From Gracilinanus agilis (Eukaryota), in NCBI RefSeq assembly GCF_016433145.1, contig NC_058133.1, positions 256,082,801-256,146,800 of the forward strand: 64,000 nucleotides of DNA, given 5' to 3'. The notes under the pieces are model-generated. The model saw only the letters and a list, made by a program, of their open reading frames with translations. It searched no databases and was not told the DNA's origin. Shown here piece by piece: positions 27,091 through 38,900 of the stretch. Position 1 is the stretch's first letter; every line of letters starts with the position of its first letter. A program made the position numbers and the translations under genes.

Positions 27091-30000
27091 TTAAGAAGGT
27101 ACAGTGTCTGGGGTGGAAAGGAGGAAGGCTTCCAGCTGGACTTCCTGCCTCAGCACCCCAGTGAGCAGGAACTCTGGGGAAAGGAGGGGCAGCTTAGCTC
27201 TAGCAGCAGCAGAGCATCTGGAGAGGTCCTGGGGACATGAAATCACCAGTCTCTGGGGCTAAAGAGGGAAAAGACCCTGACTCAGAAAACAGGAAGTACA
27301 TAGTAGGTTCAGTAGAAAACTTCTTCCCTCCCTCCCACACCTTCCCAGCCTCAACCCTCTGACCCCTTCCCCCTTTTCCAGCTCTCTTCTCAGCCTCCCC
27401 TTACCAACCCCCCATCAGGGTTTTCCAATTGCAGGCAGCTCCCTTCCTAGTTTCAAAAGGTACCTTATAGGCCCTGGGCATGCTAGAAAGCGCAGAGCCT
27501 CCACAGCAGGTAATGATCTCTCCCATTTGGGGGGGTGGGGGCTGCACTCCAGGAGTCACAAAGATCTCATAGCCCTGAGGGAAAGAGAGGCCAGCTGAGG
27601 AGAAGGGAGGGGAAGAAAGAGACCTCGAGGGAGCCTGAGGAAAGACCTTAAGGAAAACTATGGGAAAAGAGCATGACTAGGGGAAGGTGGAGTGGCACCC
27701 CACTCACCTCCAGTAGGCCCCGTTCCTGGGCTCGGCTCAGTGCCTCTCGAAGGCTAAAGCCAAAGTTCTTCTCCTGCTCAGGATCATTCACCACAAATTC
27801 CTCAGGTGGAAGGAATCGACCAACCTTTCGAGACTAAAGGCAGGGAGAAGGGGTCAGATCATTTCCCCATTAGCTCTTCCTCCAAGTCCTTCCCTTATTT
27901 TCTAGAACCATTCCTCCTCCTTCCAACTTTTTTCTCTTAATTTCTATCTCCTTGAACAGAAATTTATGGCAGTAATTTTCTCTTTAGCCATTTGTCTGCA
28001 TTTGTTACTTTCCAACACTCTCACCTGGTGCAACCATTCCAGAGACAAAATGGGTATCCCCCGCCCCAAGGCACATAGGAATTTGACTGTCCTTCTAACT
28101 CGATCTGTCACCAAGTGTGAGGCTTCTGCCACTGAATTGGCCAGACTTCCACCCAGTGCCAGCACAGCCTGCTCTCCTCGATCATCCACCACACCTGTGA
28201 AGAGAACCTATAGGAAAAGAAGTCATTATTCACTGAGACTCATACCTCCCCACTGACTTCTCTTCCAACTTAAAAAAAATTAATATTTTATTTTTTCCAA
28301 ATCACATGTAAAAACAACTTCTAACATTCATTTTCTAAAATGTTGAGTTCTGGGGGCAGCCGAGAGTGGCTCAATAGACTGAGGCGCAGGCCTAGAGACA
28401 GGAGACCCTAGGTTCAAATCTGGCCTCAGAGCCTTTCTAGCTGGGTTAGTCTGGACAAGTCACTTAACCCACATTGCCAAGCCCTTACCTCTTCTGCCTT
28501 GGAACCAATATACAGAATTGATTCTAAGACAGAAGGCAAGGGTTTAGTAAAAATAAACAAAACAAAATTTTCAGTTCCAAATTCTCTACCTTTTCTTTTT
28601 CTTTTAACCCTTACCTTCCTTCTTAGAATCAATACTGTGTATTGGTTCTAAGGCAGAAGAGCAGTAAGGGCTTGGCAACTGGGGCTAAGTGACTTGCCCA
28701 GGTTCACCCAGCTAGGAAGTCTCTGATGCCAGATTTGAACCTAGGACTTCCTGACTCCAGACCTGGCTCTCAATCCACTGAGCCACCCAGCTGCCTCCTC
28801 TTCTACCTTTCTAAGGAATCTTTTACTACCACTTTCCAAAATGCTTCCCTCCCAATTCTTATTCATACCTTAGGAGCTCGAGGTTCTCTACTGAGTCTAG
28901 CTCGACGCAAGCTTCGGCTAGGTGCCCCCTTGACCTCCTCCTTTGCTTGAACTGCTGGTTCTGCAACCCCCACTGGGGTCTTTGCTGCAGTCTGGGGGGT
29001 AAGAAAGATCCCAGTGAATAAGTTCTTCATGTGGCTTTACTCTCCTGAACTAATCCCTATTCTTCTTCCTTACCTCAACTTCCATTGGCTTCTCTTCATC
29101 TTCTTCCTTGCTGCATTCTTGTCTCTGGGACCGACCTCTCCGGGGTTGCTTGGGGCATGGAGATGATTCTTTGGTGGCTAGAGGCCGCTTTCGGCCTGGG
29201 AGCAGCTTAGGCTGGATCTCTGGAGTAGAACCAGGCATTCCTGATGCCCCTGTTCTTCGACTCCTGGTAGCTGGAGGAGCAGGTGCCTCAGGTGGCAGAG
29301 AATAGGCCTCTGGGGTGGCTGTGAGGGACTCAGAAGATTCTCCCACCCTTGCTCTCTGACTTCGGAGTGCTCTGGGTTGGGGCACAAGAATTTCAGATCT
29401 ATCTGTTGAAATGGGAGGGGGATGCTCAGGGAGGACTGGTGAAACTGTGGTAGACCCACAAGTTCTGGTGGCCCCCCGTTTCCGGTTTTGACGAGTCTGA
29501 AGGTGAGGTTGAGGGGTTAGAGGCAATTCTTTAGGGATGGGAGTGTGAAGTTCAGGTGCCAAGGGTGCAGTTGGTCCAGAGGAGGTACTAAAAGGCTTCT
29601 GTGTCTGGCTCTGGAAAGAAAGTTCTGATTTGTCTCTAGAATCCTGAGAGGAGAGAGACTCAATCTTTGGGAGAATCCCCTGGGTTCCCTGCCTCCTGCT
29701 TCGTGTGGTTCCCAAGATAGGTGACTCCCGAGATGCTGGAGAGGAAGAAGAATGGAGGAGTTTTGATCCTCTCCTATTTTGACTCCGAGTGATTCTAGGA
29801 GTTGAAGTAGGTTTTGGGGCTTCAGGAACTGGAACTTTAGATGCTGCGAGAGGTACATTTGAGGAGTCCTGGTCATCCTACAAACAAATTAGACAGTGAT
29901 TAAGGGAAAGATAGAATTTATATATTAAAGTTTATACTATATTAATTTTGCACTTGCTCTTGTGTACAACTTTCCCCATCAAACTGGCAATTCTTCAAAG

Positions 30001-33000
30001 GAGAAAAAAAGAATCACAAAGTATTGTGCAAAAGGGGCCCACCTTACTCATTACTAACAGCAACAATCACTGATGATGTGTGTGGCAGCACCTCCCTAAT
30101 CACTGGTCCAGCCCTTGAAGTCAGTGTTGGGGGAAGCCCTCTCTAGTAGACTAGATTAGATATCTCTACCAACTACAAACAACTAACACCTACAGGGCAG
30201 GCAAGCCAATCTAGCTGAGGCAACAATGTACCCCAAAGGGAGAGTAGAAGGCATCATGTAAAATCAAATTACCACCACTACTTTGGCCATCAACTCCCCT
30301 CAGACCCTGGAGATGACAGCCCAGAACCCTTGAATCCCAAAGCCTTAGGAACAGCAATGCTTCCAGTCCAATGTCAAAAGGTATGACTTCAGAAACTGGT
30401 ATGACTTTGTCAGTAACAATGACATCTGCCTTTGCCTCTGTATCCTGAGGACCATCAGACCTTTGTATCAGACTTGCAGCTGAAATCTTCCATGTAAGCT
30501 ATCCACCCCCATATCAGAATGTGAGTTCCTTGAGAGCAGGACCTTTCTTTATTTGTAGCCCTAGTTTAGTAAAGCACTTAATAAATGCTTAATGTTCAGC
30601 AAAAGGCTCTAGCCAGTGTAATACCGAGGAAGAAATGCAAGGAGAAAAATAAAAGCAGGAAGAGAGTTTCTGATTTACTGAGATAGATATAGAGAGACAG
30701 CTATAAATGAAGACACTGAAAATGAGACAAAGCTAACTGGAAATTCTATAATGGAGTGGAACAATAAGAGGGCAGAAGAATGTGTTGTCAGAAACATCAA
30801 TGAAAAGTAGTTTAGAGGGTGGAAAAGAACTATAAAATCAGAATCAAGAACCTAGGATGGGGTAAAGAAAGATTTTGCAGAAATGAAGAGCAGGAAAGAA
30901 AGCAGAGAGAGGGAAAGAAATGCATAGCTCTTACCATTGGTACTTCCTCAGGAGGAAGAGTTTTGTTGTCAACAAGACCTGAGCGAGAAGAAAAAAAAAG
31001 TTTGCCTGGAATCTTGGAAACCTTTCAGAGGTTGAAATAAGGATTTCCTTTGTCACTCACCTCTCTGATGTCTGCTGTCACTGAGGATTTGGGGGTTTGA
31101 GACTAATTCCAACATGTCCCCTTCCCCAGCTTTAGATTTTGGTACTGGAGTTGGATTCTGGGCCTTCTGGTCATAACTTTCTGCCATTTGTCCCTCTGCC
31201 TCTCTCTCCAGAATTTCTCTGGGCACCTTCACTTCTACCACCAGATTCTTGGTTTCTTTTCCTGGTGTTTGTCCCTCAAATGTGTCTCTCTCAGGGATTT
31301 GCCTCTCCATTTCCTTCTCTAGTGCCTTTGTTTCTACACAGCTTTTGTTATCTGTCTCTTTCATAACATTCTTCGACCTACCCGCTGTACGTCTCTGTCC
31401 TTTCTCTTGTATCTCTGTTTGTACCACTGGACTCACTCTTTTTCTTTTGGATCTCTTTGTCTTATTTGCCAATGTCTTTCTCTTAAAGGGCCCTTTTTCC
31501 ATTTTTCTCTCTGGTATTACTCTAGGTATCTCTGTTTCTATCCCCTGGTTCTCCATGCTACTGTCCATAGTTTGTCCCTGGATCTCTGTTTTTGGATTAT
31601 CTGTGCCTTGACTCCCCCAGGGCTCTGTTTGATCTGAGCTTCCTGGCTGTAGGTCCCCTGAGGCTGTACTAGGTGGGGAGAGACATGCTCCAGTAGCTGC
31701 AAGGTAAGATTTGATGGGCTGAGTTTCTGAAGCCTCTGACCGCTCAGAGCAGAATGGTTGTGTGGCCAAGATTTCCCATGGCTCATCTGGACCATCTAGG
31801 GAAAGGGGAGGGAGAGAAACAGACTAAGAGGTGTTACAGACTCATGATAGAAACAAGTTTCATAGACTGTTAAGTAATACAAGAGACAAAGTTGGGGGTA
31901 GGGGTAGAGAAAGAAATAGTTGCAGATTTTGGGAGGCCCAGATACATGGGAACTGATGGTTATGAGTGGAGACTCCTCTTTTGAATGTGCTGACAACTCA
32001 ACATACAAGGAAAGCCTTAATATCTACCCAGGATTTAGGCTTCTTCTGCCTCAACTTAACCCTACCTACTGCCACTACTACCACTACATCACAACCATCA
32101 GCAACACTCCCCATACCAACTCTTATTCCCCCCTTTGGGACATAGTAGCAGAGCTCCTCTTCCTATTAGGGACTTAGGTATCTGATTCCAGGGTGGGTCT
32201 CACCTCCATGGTTCTGATTTCCTCCTTCTACAAAGCACTGAGTATCTTGTAAATCCAGGTCTGAATTATCTGAAAAGGAATTGAAAAAAGATACTAAGTT
32301 CAGGACTAGCCCCTCACTTTACCCTTACTGTTTACTATGGAAAATTGGATACCGAGGGAAGGAATCATTAAAACTCACCATCACTCTTGTTCTGAAAGTC
32401 TTCAGTACCTTTCACATCTGGATCACTACCCCCTTCAACATAATTCTGGGTTCCTTCCAAAAGTACCTGGGCTGATTTCCCTTGAATGCTTGGTTCTACC
32501 AACGTGCCTACTGAGCTGACCCTCGGGAAGGGAGATAGACCCTGCTCGAATTCTGTTATAGGTATCCTACCCTGGGCCCCAAATTTCTTAGTAGTCTTTT
32601 CCCCTTGAGCAGTGGCTGGGGCCCACTCTATCCTACTGCCTTCTTCAGCTGGAAGTTGGCTCTTTCTCATATATGTCAGAGATCCATTGTCATCTGCATC
32701 TGTGTCACTGTCCCCCCCATCCCCACCAACAGAATGCTGGTCCTTCTCAAGATGCACTATGGAGAGTTCTGTTGGGACCCCCTCCTGTTTTATATCTGTC
32801 TTGTTTGTCCCACCCATGGGTCCCTGAACTTTCCCTAGATGGACTACAGGTGGCGCTGCTGGGACAGAGTCCTCTTCTATATCTGTATCACTGTCCCCTA
32901 TATCAGTCTGTGCTACAACTGGTCTCACTGAAAGCCCCTCCTCTTCCACATCTGTACTACTATCTTCCAGAGAAGAAGGTTGAGTCCCTGCCAAAGGTGT

Positions 33001-34625
33001 CACAACTAAGGTCCTTTGGAGACTGCCTTCTTCATCAACATCTGTATCACTGTCCCTCCCCACAGCTGAGGAATGGTTTTCTCCATCAGTCCTACTCCAT
33101 TCCATATCCACAGCAGAGCCTCTCCTGGTAGCTGAGGAGGGCTCCACTGGAGGAGAATCTTCTTCATCTGTATCACTATCCAAGATGAAGGTAAGAGGCA
33201 GTGAAGAGTCTTTGGTGCCTGGTGAAGCTCCTTCCACATCACTGATGGGAAAAAGTAAAAAGTTGATAACTTGGAATTCAGATCCCTAGAAAGGACCCAG
33301 AGGTTCAGAACTCTAGCTCCCAGTTCTTTTCCCCTCTCACCCTGGCTATTAACTATTATTATTATTAAGGGCCTAACTATTAGGCCCAAGTTCTTCTCCC
33401 CTCAGAAGCTTCCCTCAAGTGGATTTCCCTTCACAAACTCAGCAGTCTTGAATACTTACCTCTCTGGAACAATAGTTTCAGAGGGAGAGTATGTAACAGG
33501 TACCTCCACACTCCTGTCCAAAGGAGAATCTGGGAAGAAGAATGAACTTTGTAATTTCATATGCCCCAGTCTCTTCTCCCTACCCACTACTTTCCTGATA
33601 CTTCAAATTTACCTCCTTCCTCCTCTGAATCTTCAGCCAATAAGGTCCCCTGGAACCGGGCTGTCCCTATTCCTGGAACCCTGGGTGTTTCTTCCACGCT
33701 TAGGCCCCCCCGGCGGCCAGAGATTTGGGGGGCACCCAGTCGGTGATATTGGCAAGGCAGGTCAGCAAAGAGTACCAAGTCTTGGTCTCTCAACTGATGG
33801 CCCACCCCAGGACTTAGGAGCTTGGGAGGTCTTAGAAGTCGTGTATGATTGAGGCTCCCACAATCTCGAAGGATAGGTGCCCTGCCTTGGGCTGAAATCT
33901 CAATTATTGCATGGTGTTTGGAAATGGATGGAAAAGGCAGAGCCACTGAGCAGCCTGGTATTCGGCCAACCACATTCTCCCCTGGGTACAACAGGAAATC
34001 TAGGGAAAAGAATTCAAGGAGGCATTACTTCTGAAGCCAGAGATCTGCCCCATTCCTGCTCTTTAATGAATTTTCCCTTTGGCTTCCCTCACCATGCATT
34101 TATAATTTTCACTAGAAGGAAATAGAAAAAATCAGTAGAATTTTCTATAGGAAAGATTGAGGACTCACAATGCACAGTTGAGGGGAAATAGGGTCAGAAG
34201 TATCAGAAAAGCACAGACCTTTGGGGATCATTATTCTAATTTAGCTCCTCATTAATTTTAGCCTGATTCTCTTAAGTCATCACCAAAGGAAATATCCTAC
34301 AAATATATCTAGGATTATGAGATATGAGTTATCCTATAAGGTACCAGATGAAACCAGATGGAATTTTTCCTCTAGGTCTCCCCTACCACATGAACAAAAC
34401 CCCTTTCTCTTTTCCCTATATGAGTCATATGAGATGAAGGATGCATCCTGCCCTTCTCCCCAATACTTTAGAACCCAATACCCTCTGACCTTTCTCAGGA
34501 CCTCGAACACTGCTGAACAGGTGCAGCCGCCCTACAGGCTCCAAGCCGAATTGTGGAGGAGAGCCATTAGAATCCTCAGGCTCCTCCTCCTGAGCCTCCC
34601 AGTCCACCAATTGAGTGTCCTCCAT
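27091..34625 (-). CDS. MDC1: Mediator of DNA damage checkpoint protein 1 (FHA + SDT + TQxF + tandem BRCT), predicted ~1271 aa
   Basis: Coding exons 34490-34625, 33613-33999, 33460-33529, 32379-33241, 32204-32269, 31061-31795, 30935-30978, 29074-29877, 28869-28991, 28025-28207, 27708-27833, 27464-27574, 27091-27258; sum 3816 nt, all phases compatible. MEDTQ start, FHA ([22 protein letters not shown]), SDTD motifs, BRCT (VLFTGVVD...[20 protein letters not shown]; [12 protein letters not shown]). Confidence 0.95.
28352..28562 (+). mobile_element. Full-length tRNA-derived SINE (SINE-1/Mar-type)
   Basis: gggggcagcc...A/B-box-like head (ggttcaaatc), body, A-rich tail. Confidence 0.85.
28591..28797 (-). 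mobile_element. Full-length tRNA-derived SINE, inverted relative to the 28352 copy
   Basis: polyT, aacccttacc...tcaatccactgagccacccagctgcc. Confidence 0.85.
30023..30590 (+). repeat. Copy B of the unidentified dispersed repeat with L2-type tail (MDC1 intron)
   Basis: Colinear with 9615-10380 apart from internal deletions; ends gtgagttccttgagagcagg...gcacttaataaatgctt. Confidence 0.75.
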
Positions 34626-35329
34626 TATCTGGTATGGGGGAAGGGGAGGGGAAAATACACCACCACCATCAGCAGGTCAGACACCTCGAGTAATCTAGCT
34701 ACAGAGAGAAGGGCAAGGGTGGGGTCGGGGAGGGGCCTGCGTGGCAACAGAGCAGATGGTTAAGTATATCAAACAAGGATTCCCTCAGTTGAACAGCAAG
34801 GCCGAGGCAACAGAATAAAGACGTGTAGGGGGCGGGCGGTGGGGGTGGGGAGGGAGGGAGGTAAGGAATCTAATTCTGGCTCTGCTACTTACAACCTGTG
34901 TGACCTTGATCGAGTCACTAAAGTTCTCTGGGTCTCAAGTTTCCTCATCTGTAAAAAACGAGGGGCTTGGGCTAAGATGAATCTTTAACATCTCTTCCAC
35001 TTTAAAAAAAAAAAAAAAAAAAAAAGGCAACCCAAATCCAGAGATGCTGGAGTTTGACCCCTTCCCTTCACTCAGTGGGAACCGCGGGATGGGGGAGGAG
35101 GAGGGTACCTTAGGGGTCGTCACCCGCCCACTAGGGCCACACCCTCTCCCAGAAAGTAGTCTCGAAGGCGGGCGATCCGAATTAATTAAGGACCCCGGAC
35201 CTCAAGGCCACTGGGCTGCCGTCATCACCCAGACCCCCAATCCACGGGGAATCAGGGAGTGACCTGATCCCAAACCAACGAGATTCCTCGGGATCCTACA
35301 GTGAGGCCCACGGCCCAATACGCATTAGA

Positions 35330-35930
35330 TTAGGGCGCCAGGAACCCCAGAAAGCAAACCTCCGAATCGATCCCGCCCTGACTTTCCCACCCGAACGGCC
35401 TCTTTGCCTCCCTCAAGATAGGGTATCCAATATGGCGAACAGGCAAGACGGTAGTTGAAGAGACCCCGAACTCACAAGATTCGGGTCCGCGCGCCCGCGC
35501 CACACCAAGCAGAGAGTGAGGCGACCACGAGCGTGACGTTCTGATTGGTTTGCTATGCTTTCCCTCAAGCACTATTCGTATGCTGATTGGCCGAGCCTAC
35601 CGAGTGGATCTGGGACAAGTCCAAGCAAAGCATCTCTCTCCCTCATTTCGAAGAGAGGCCGCAGCTTTGCCTCGCTATCACATTGGCTCCTAGTGATGGT
35701 AGAGGTGGGGCTAGATCGCGCGCCTCTAACGGCTCGCTCAGATTGGTCATAGGCACTATCTTCGAAGGTTAACCTCCGACCACCCCCGCGGCTCCCGCGC
35801 AGAAGCCAAACTGTAACTATGGAGTGTGGCGCCGGTTGATTGCGACAGCTTAGAAAGGAAGGGGACCGCCCATCATCTCGTCAGAAGGGGCCCCAGCACC
35901 CAGCCTTGGTCCTCCCAGACATGGCGCCTG
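35330..35930 (-). promoter_or_regulatory. MDC1 CpG-island promoter and non-coding exon 1
   Basis: CpG-rich; candidate donor GTGAG at 35471-35475; four CCAAT boxes (ATTGG at 35544, 35586, 35682, 35742); TGACGT at 35534; exon 2 acceptor 3 nt before ATG (34628). Confidence 0.75.
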
Positions 35931-38900
35931 CTGACTCAGGAGAAATAAGAGATAAAACGACTATTGTTAGGGAGAGAATGCGTGATCAGATCTAGATTAG
36001 AGACCACGAGATGACAAAAGACAAAAAAAAATTAATTTCGATACATAGGATTAAATAGTTTTTGTACGAACAGAATTGGTTCAGCTGATGTGAGAAGCTA
36101 TATAGGTTTGGGTGGGAAAAAGATTTATGTCCCCAACAATGGTTAGGAGTTATCACAAATATGTAAAACATCATTACCATGAATAATAATTAAAGCTTTA
36201 TAAAGGTTTCGTCTCAGATGACAGCAAATTGGAAAATATAATAGTCAATCTTAAAAGGATGGAGAAAGGGTAGGCACCATACAATACACTTTTGCTGTTA
36301 TACATGCTTTAAGAACTTCAAGGGTTGAAAGGACTCATATTTGCCAAAATATTTCGAGTTCTTCTTGGAGAAGGACTAAAAAAGTGGAAGCAAAATAGAT
36401 GCTAACAATTGCTATATTTTGAGCAAAGTTTCAGAATCAGCGTATCTATATTACCAACAAAAACCAGCAGGAAGAGATAGTCAAATTTAAAATAACTACA
36501 GGATGTACAAAATATAATAACTATCTGAATATAAAACAATGATAATAAAGCTATCCAAATAATAGAGGAAATATTTGTGGATAGGCAAAGCTAATGTAAA
36601 AATTACAAAAAATGATCTAAATTAATTTAATTATGCAGTGCTATATTAATCAAACCAACAAATAATTACTTATAAAATAGATAAAAATAAGAAACTTTAT
36701 TTGGAAAAACAAAGGTTCAAGGATCAATAATGAAAAGGAGCTAAGTAGTAGCAGATTTCAAATTATATTACAAAATAATTATCAAGCTGACTTGGTACTG
36801 GTTAAAAAAATAGAGGTGGTTAAGTGGAATAGATTAGGTGCCCCACACATAAAAGCAAACAAAACAGTAGCTTTAATGTTCCATAAATCCAAAGTCAGTT
36901 AGGCAACTAGTATTTATTTTTCAAGATTATTTCATTTCTTTAAATATTTCCCAATTACATATTAAAAATTCTTTTAACAATCATTTAAAATTTTTTTATT
37001 TCCAAATTCTCCTAGCCTGCCTCCTTGAGAAGGCAAGCAATTTAATATTGATTATACATGTGAAGTCATGCAAAACATTGTTAGCCATCTTGTAAAAGAA
37101 AACATGAACAAAAAAAAGATAGTAAAAAGAAAGCTTCAATCTACATTCAGAGTTCATCAGTTCTCTGTCTGGATGTAGATGGCATTTTCCATCATGAATC
37201 CACTGAAATTATCTTTAGTTATTGTCTCGATCAGAGTAGCCAAGTCTTTCACAGTTGATCATCCTTTTAATATTGCTGTTACTGTGTACAGTGTTCTAGT
37301 TCTGATCACCTCACTTCACACTCCTTTATATAAGTCTTCCTAGGTTCTTCTGAAAGCATCCTGCACATCATTTCTTGTACCATGACAATCATATCCACAA
37401 CTTAGTATATGGGCATCTCTTCAATTTCCAATCACAACAAAAAGATTTTTGTATATAGGTTTTTTTTTTTCCGTTTTTGATCTTGTTGGGAAACAGACCT
37501 AATAGTATTGCTGGATCAAAGTGAATTAACATTTTGCTAGCCCTTTGGGCATAGTTCCAAATTGCTCTCCAGAATGATTTGGAAGAGTTCACAACTCCAC
37601 CCAGAGTGCCTTTAGTGTTCCCATTTTCCTACATCCCTTCCAACAACTTGTCATTTTCCTTTTCTATCATTAGCCAAACTGAGAGCTTGAATCTTTGGAT
37701 TTATTAAATACTAGATTATTTTAGTCATTTACTACAGTGTATAGTATACCTAATCTTTTCCACCTGATCCACCATTCTATTTCTTAGCCAGTACCAGATT
37801 GTTTTAATGATTATCTCTTTATAGTATAATTTGAGAGCTGGAATGGCTAGGCCACCTTCCTTCACATTTTTCCCCCATTACTTCCTTTGATATTCTTGAC
37901 CTCTTGTACTTCTAGTGGTATTGCTGGGCCAAAAATTATGCACAGTTTTGTAGCCCTTTGGACATAGTTCCAAATTGTTCTCCAGAATGGTTGGGCTAGT
38001 TCACAACTTCGACAGCAGTACATTAGTGTCCCATATTTTCCACATTCCCTCCAGCACTTGTAACTTTCCTTTTCTGTAATATTAGCCAATCTGATAGATG
38101 TGAGGTGGCATCTCAGAGTTGTTTTGATTTACCCTTCTTTCATCTGTTGTGATTTAGAACATTTTTTAATGTGACTTTTAACAGCTTTGACTTCTTCTGA
38201 AAATTGCCTCTTTATATCCTTTGACCATTTATCAAATGGAGGAGGAATCTTATTTTTTAAATTTGTTTCAGTTCTTTAGATATTTGAGAAATGAGGCCTT
38301 TATCAGAGAAACTTGAAGCAATTTTCCCCATCATCAAATATTAATTATGTGTCTAATATGTGCCAGACACTGTGATAAGTCCTTGGGGTCTGGAAGGGGC
38401 AAAAAGTCCCTGCTTTCAAGGAGCTCACAATCTAATGGGGGTTAGGGGGTAGGGAAATAACATGCAAAAAAATGAGTACAAACAAGATATATACAAGACA
38501 AATTAGAGATAATCTCAAAGGAAGGACACTAAGAAAATGGAGAAGTGAAAAAGACATTGCAAAAGAAGGAACTTTAAAGTGAAACTTGAAAGAATCTAAA
38601 GAATATAGGAAAGCTAGGAGGTGGAGGGGAGGAGGGAAATCATTCTAGGCATGAAGAACAACTAATAAAAATGTTTCTGGGAGCAGCCAGGTGGTTCAGT
38701 GGATGGAAAGTCAGGCCTGGAGATGAGAGGTCCTGGGTTCAAATATGACCTCAGATACTTCCTAGCTATGTGATCCTCAGCAGCTCCCTTAATCCCAATT
38801 ACCTAGTCCTTACTGTTCTACCTTTAAAGAAAGAAGGTAGCCACTTAAACAAAAATGGAAAATGTCAAAAGTCAGGACATAAAATATTTTGTTGAATGAA

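Noticed and set aside
33271-33852. 193-aa plus-strand ORF, and other 100-200 aa ORFs antisense to MDC1, PPP1R18, NRM (26204-26833) and FLOT1 promoter exons
   Set aside because: Antisense or alternative frames of real exons, low-complexity, no homology recognised
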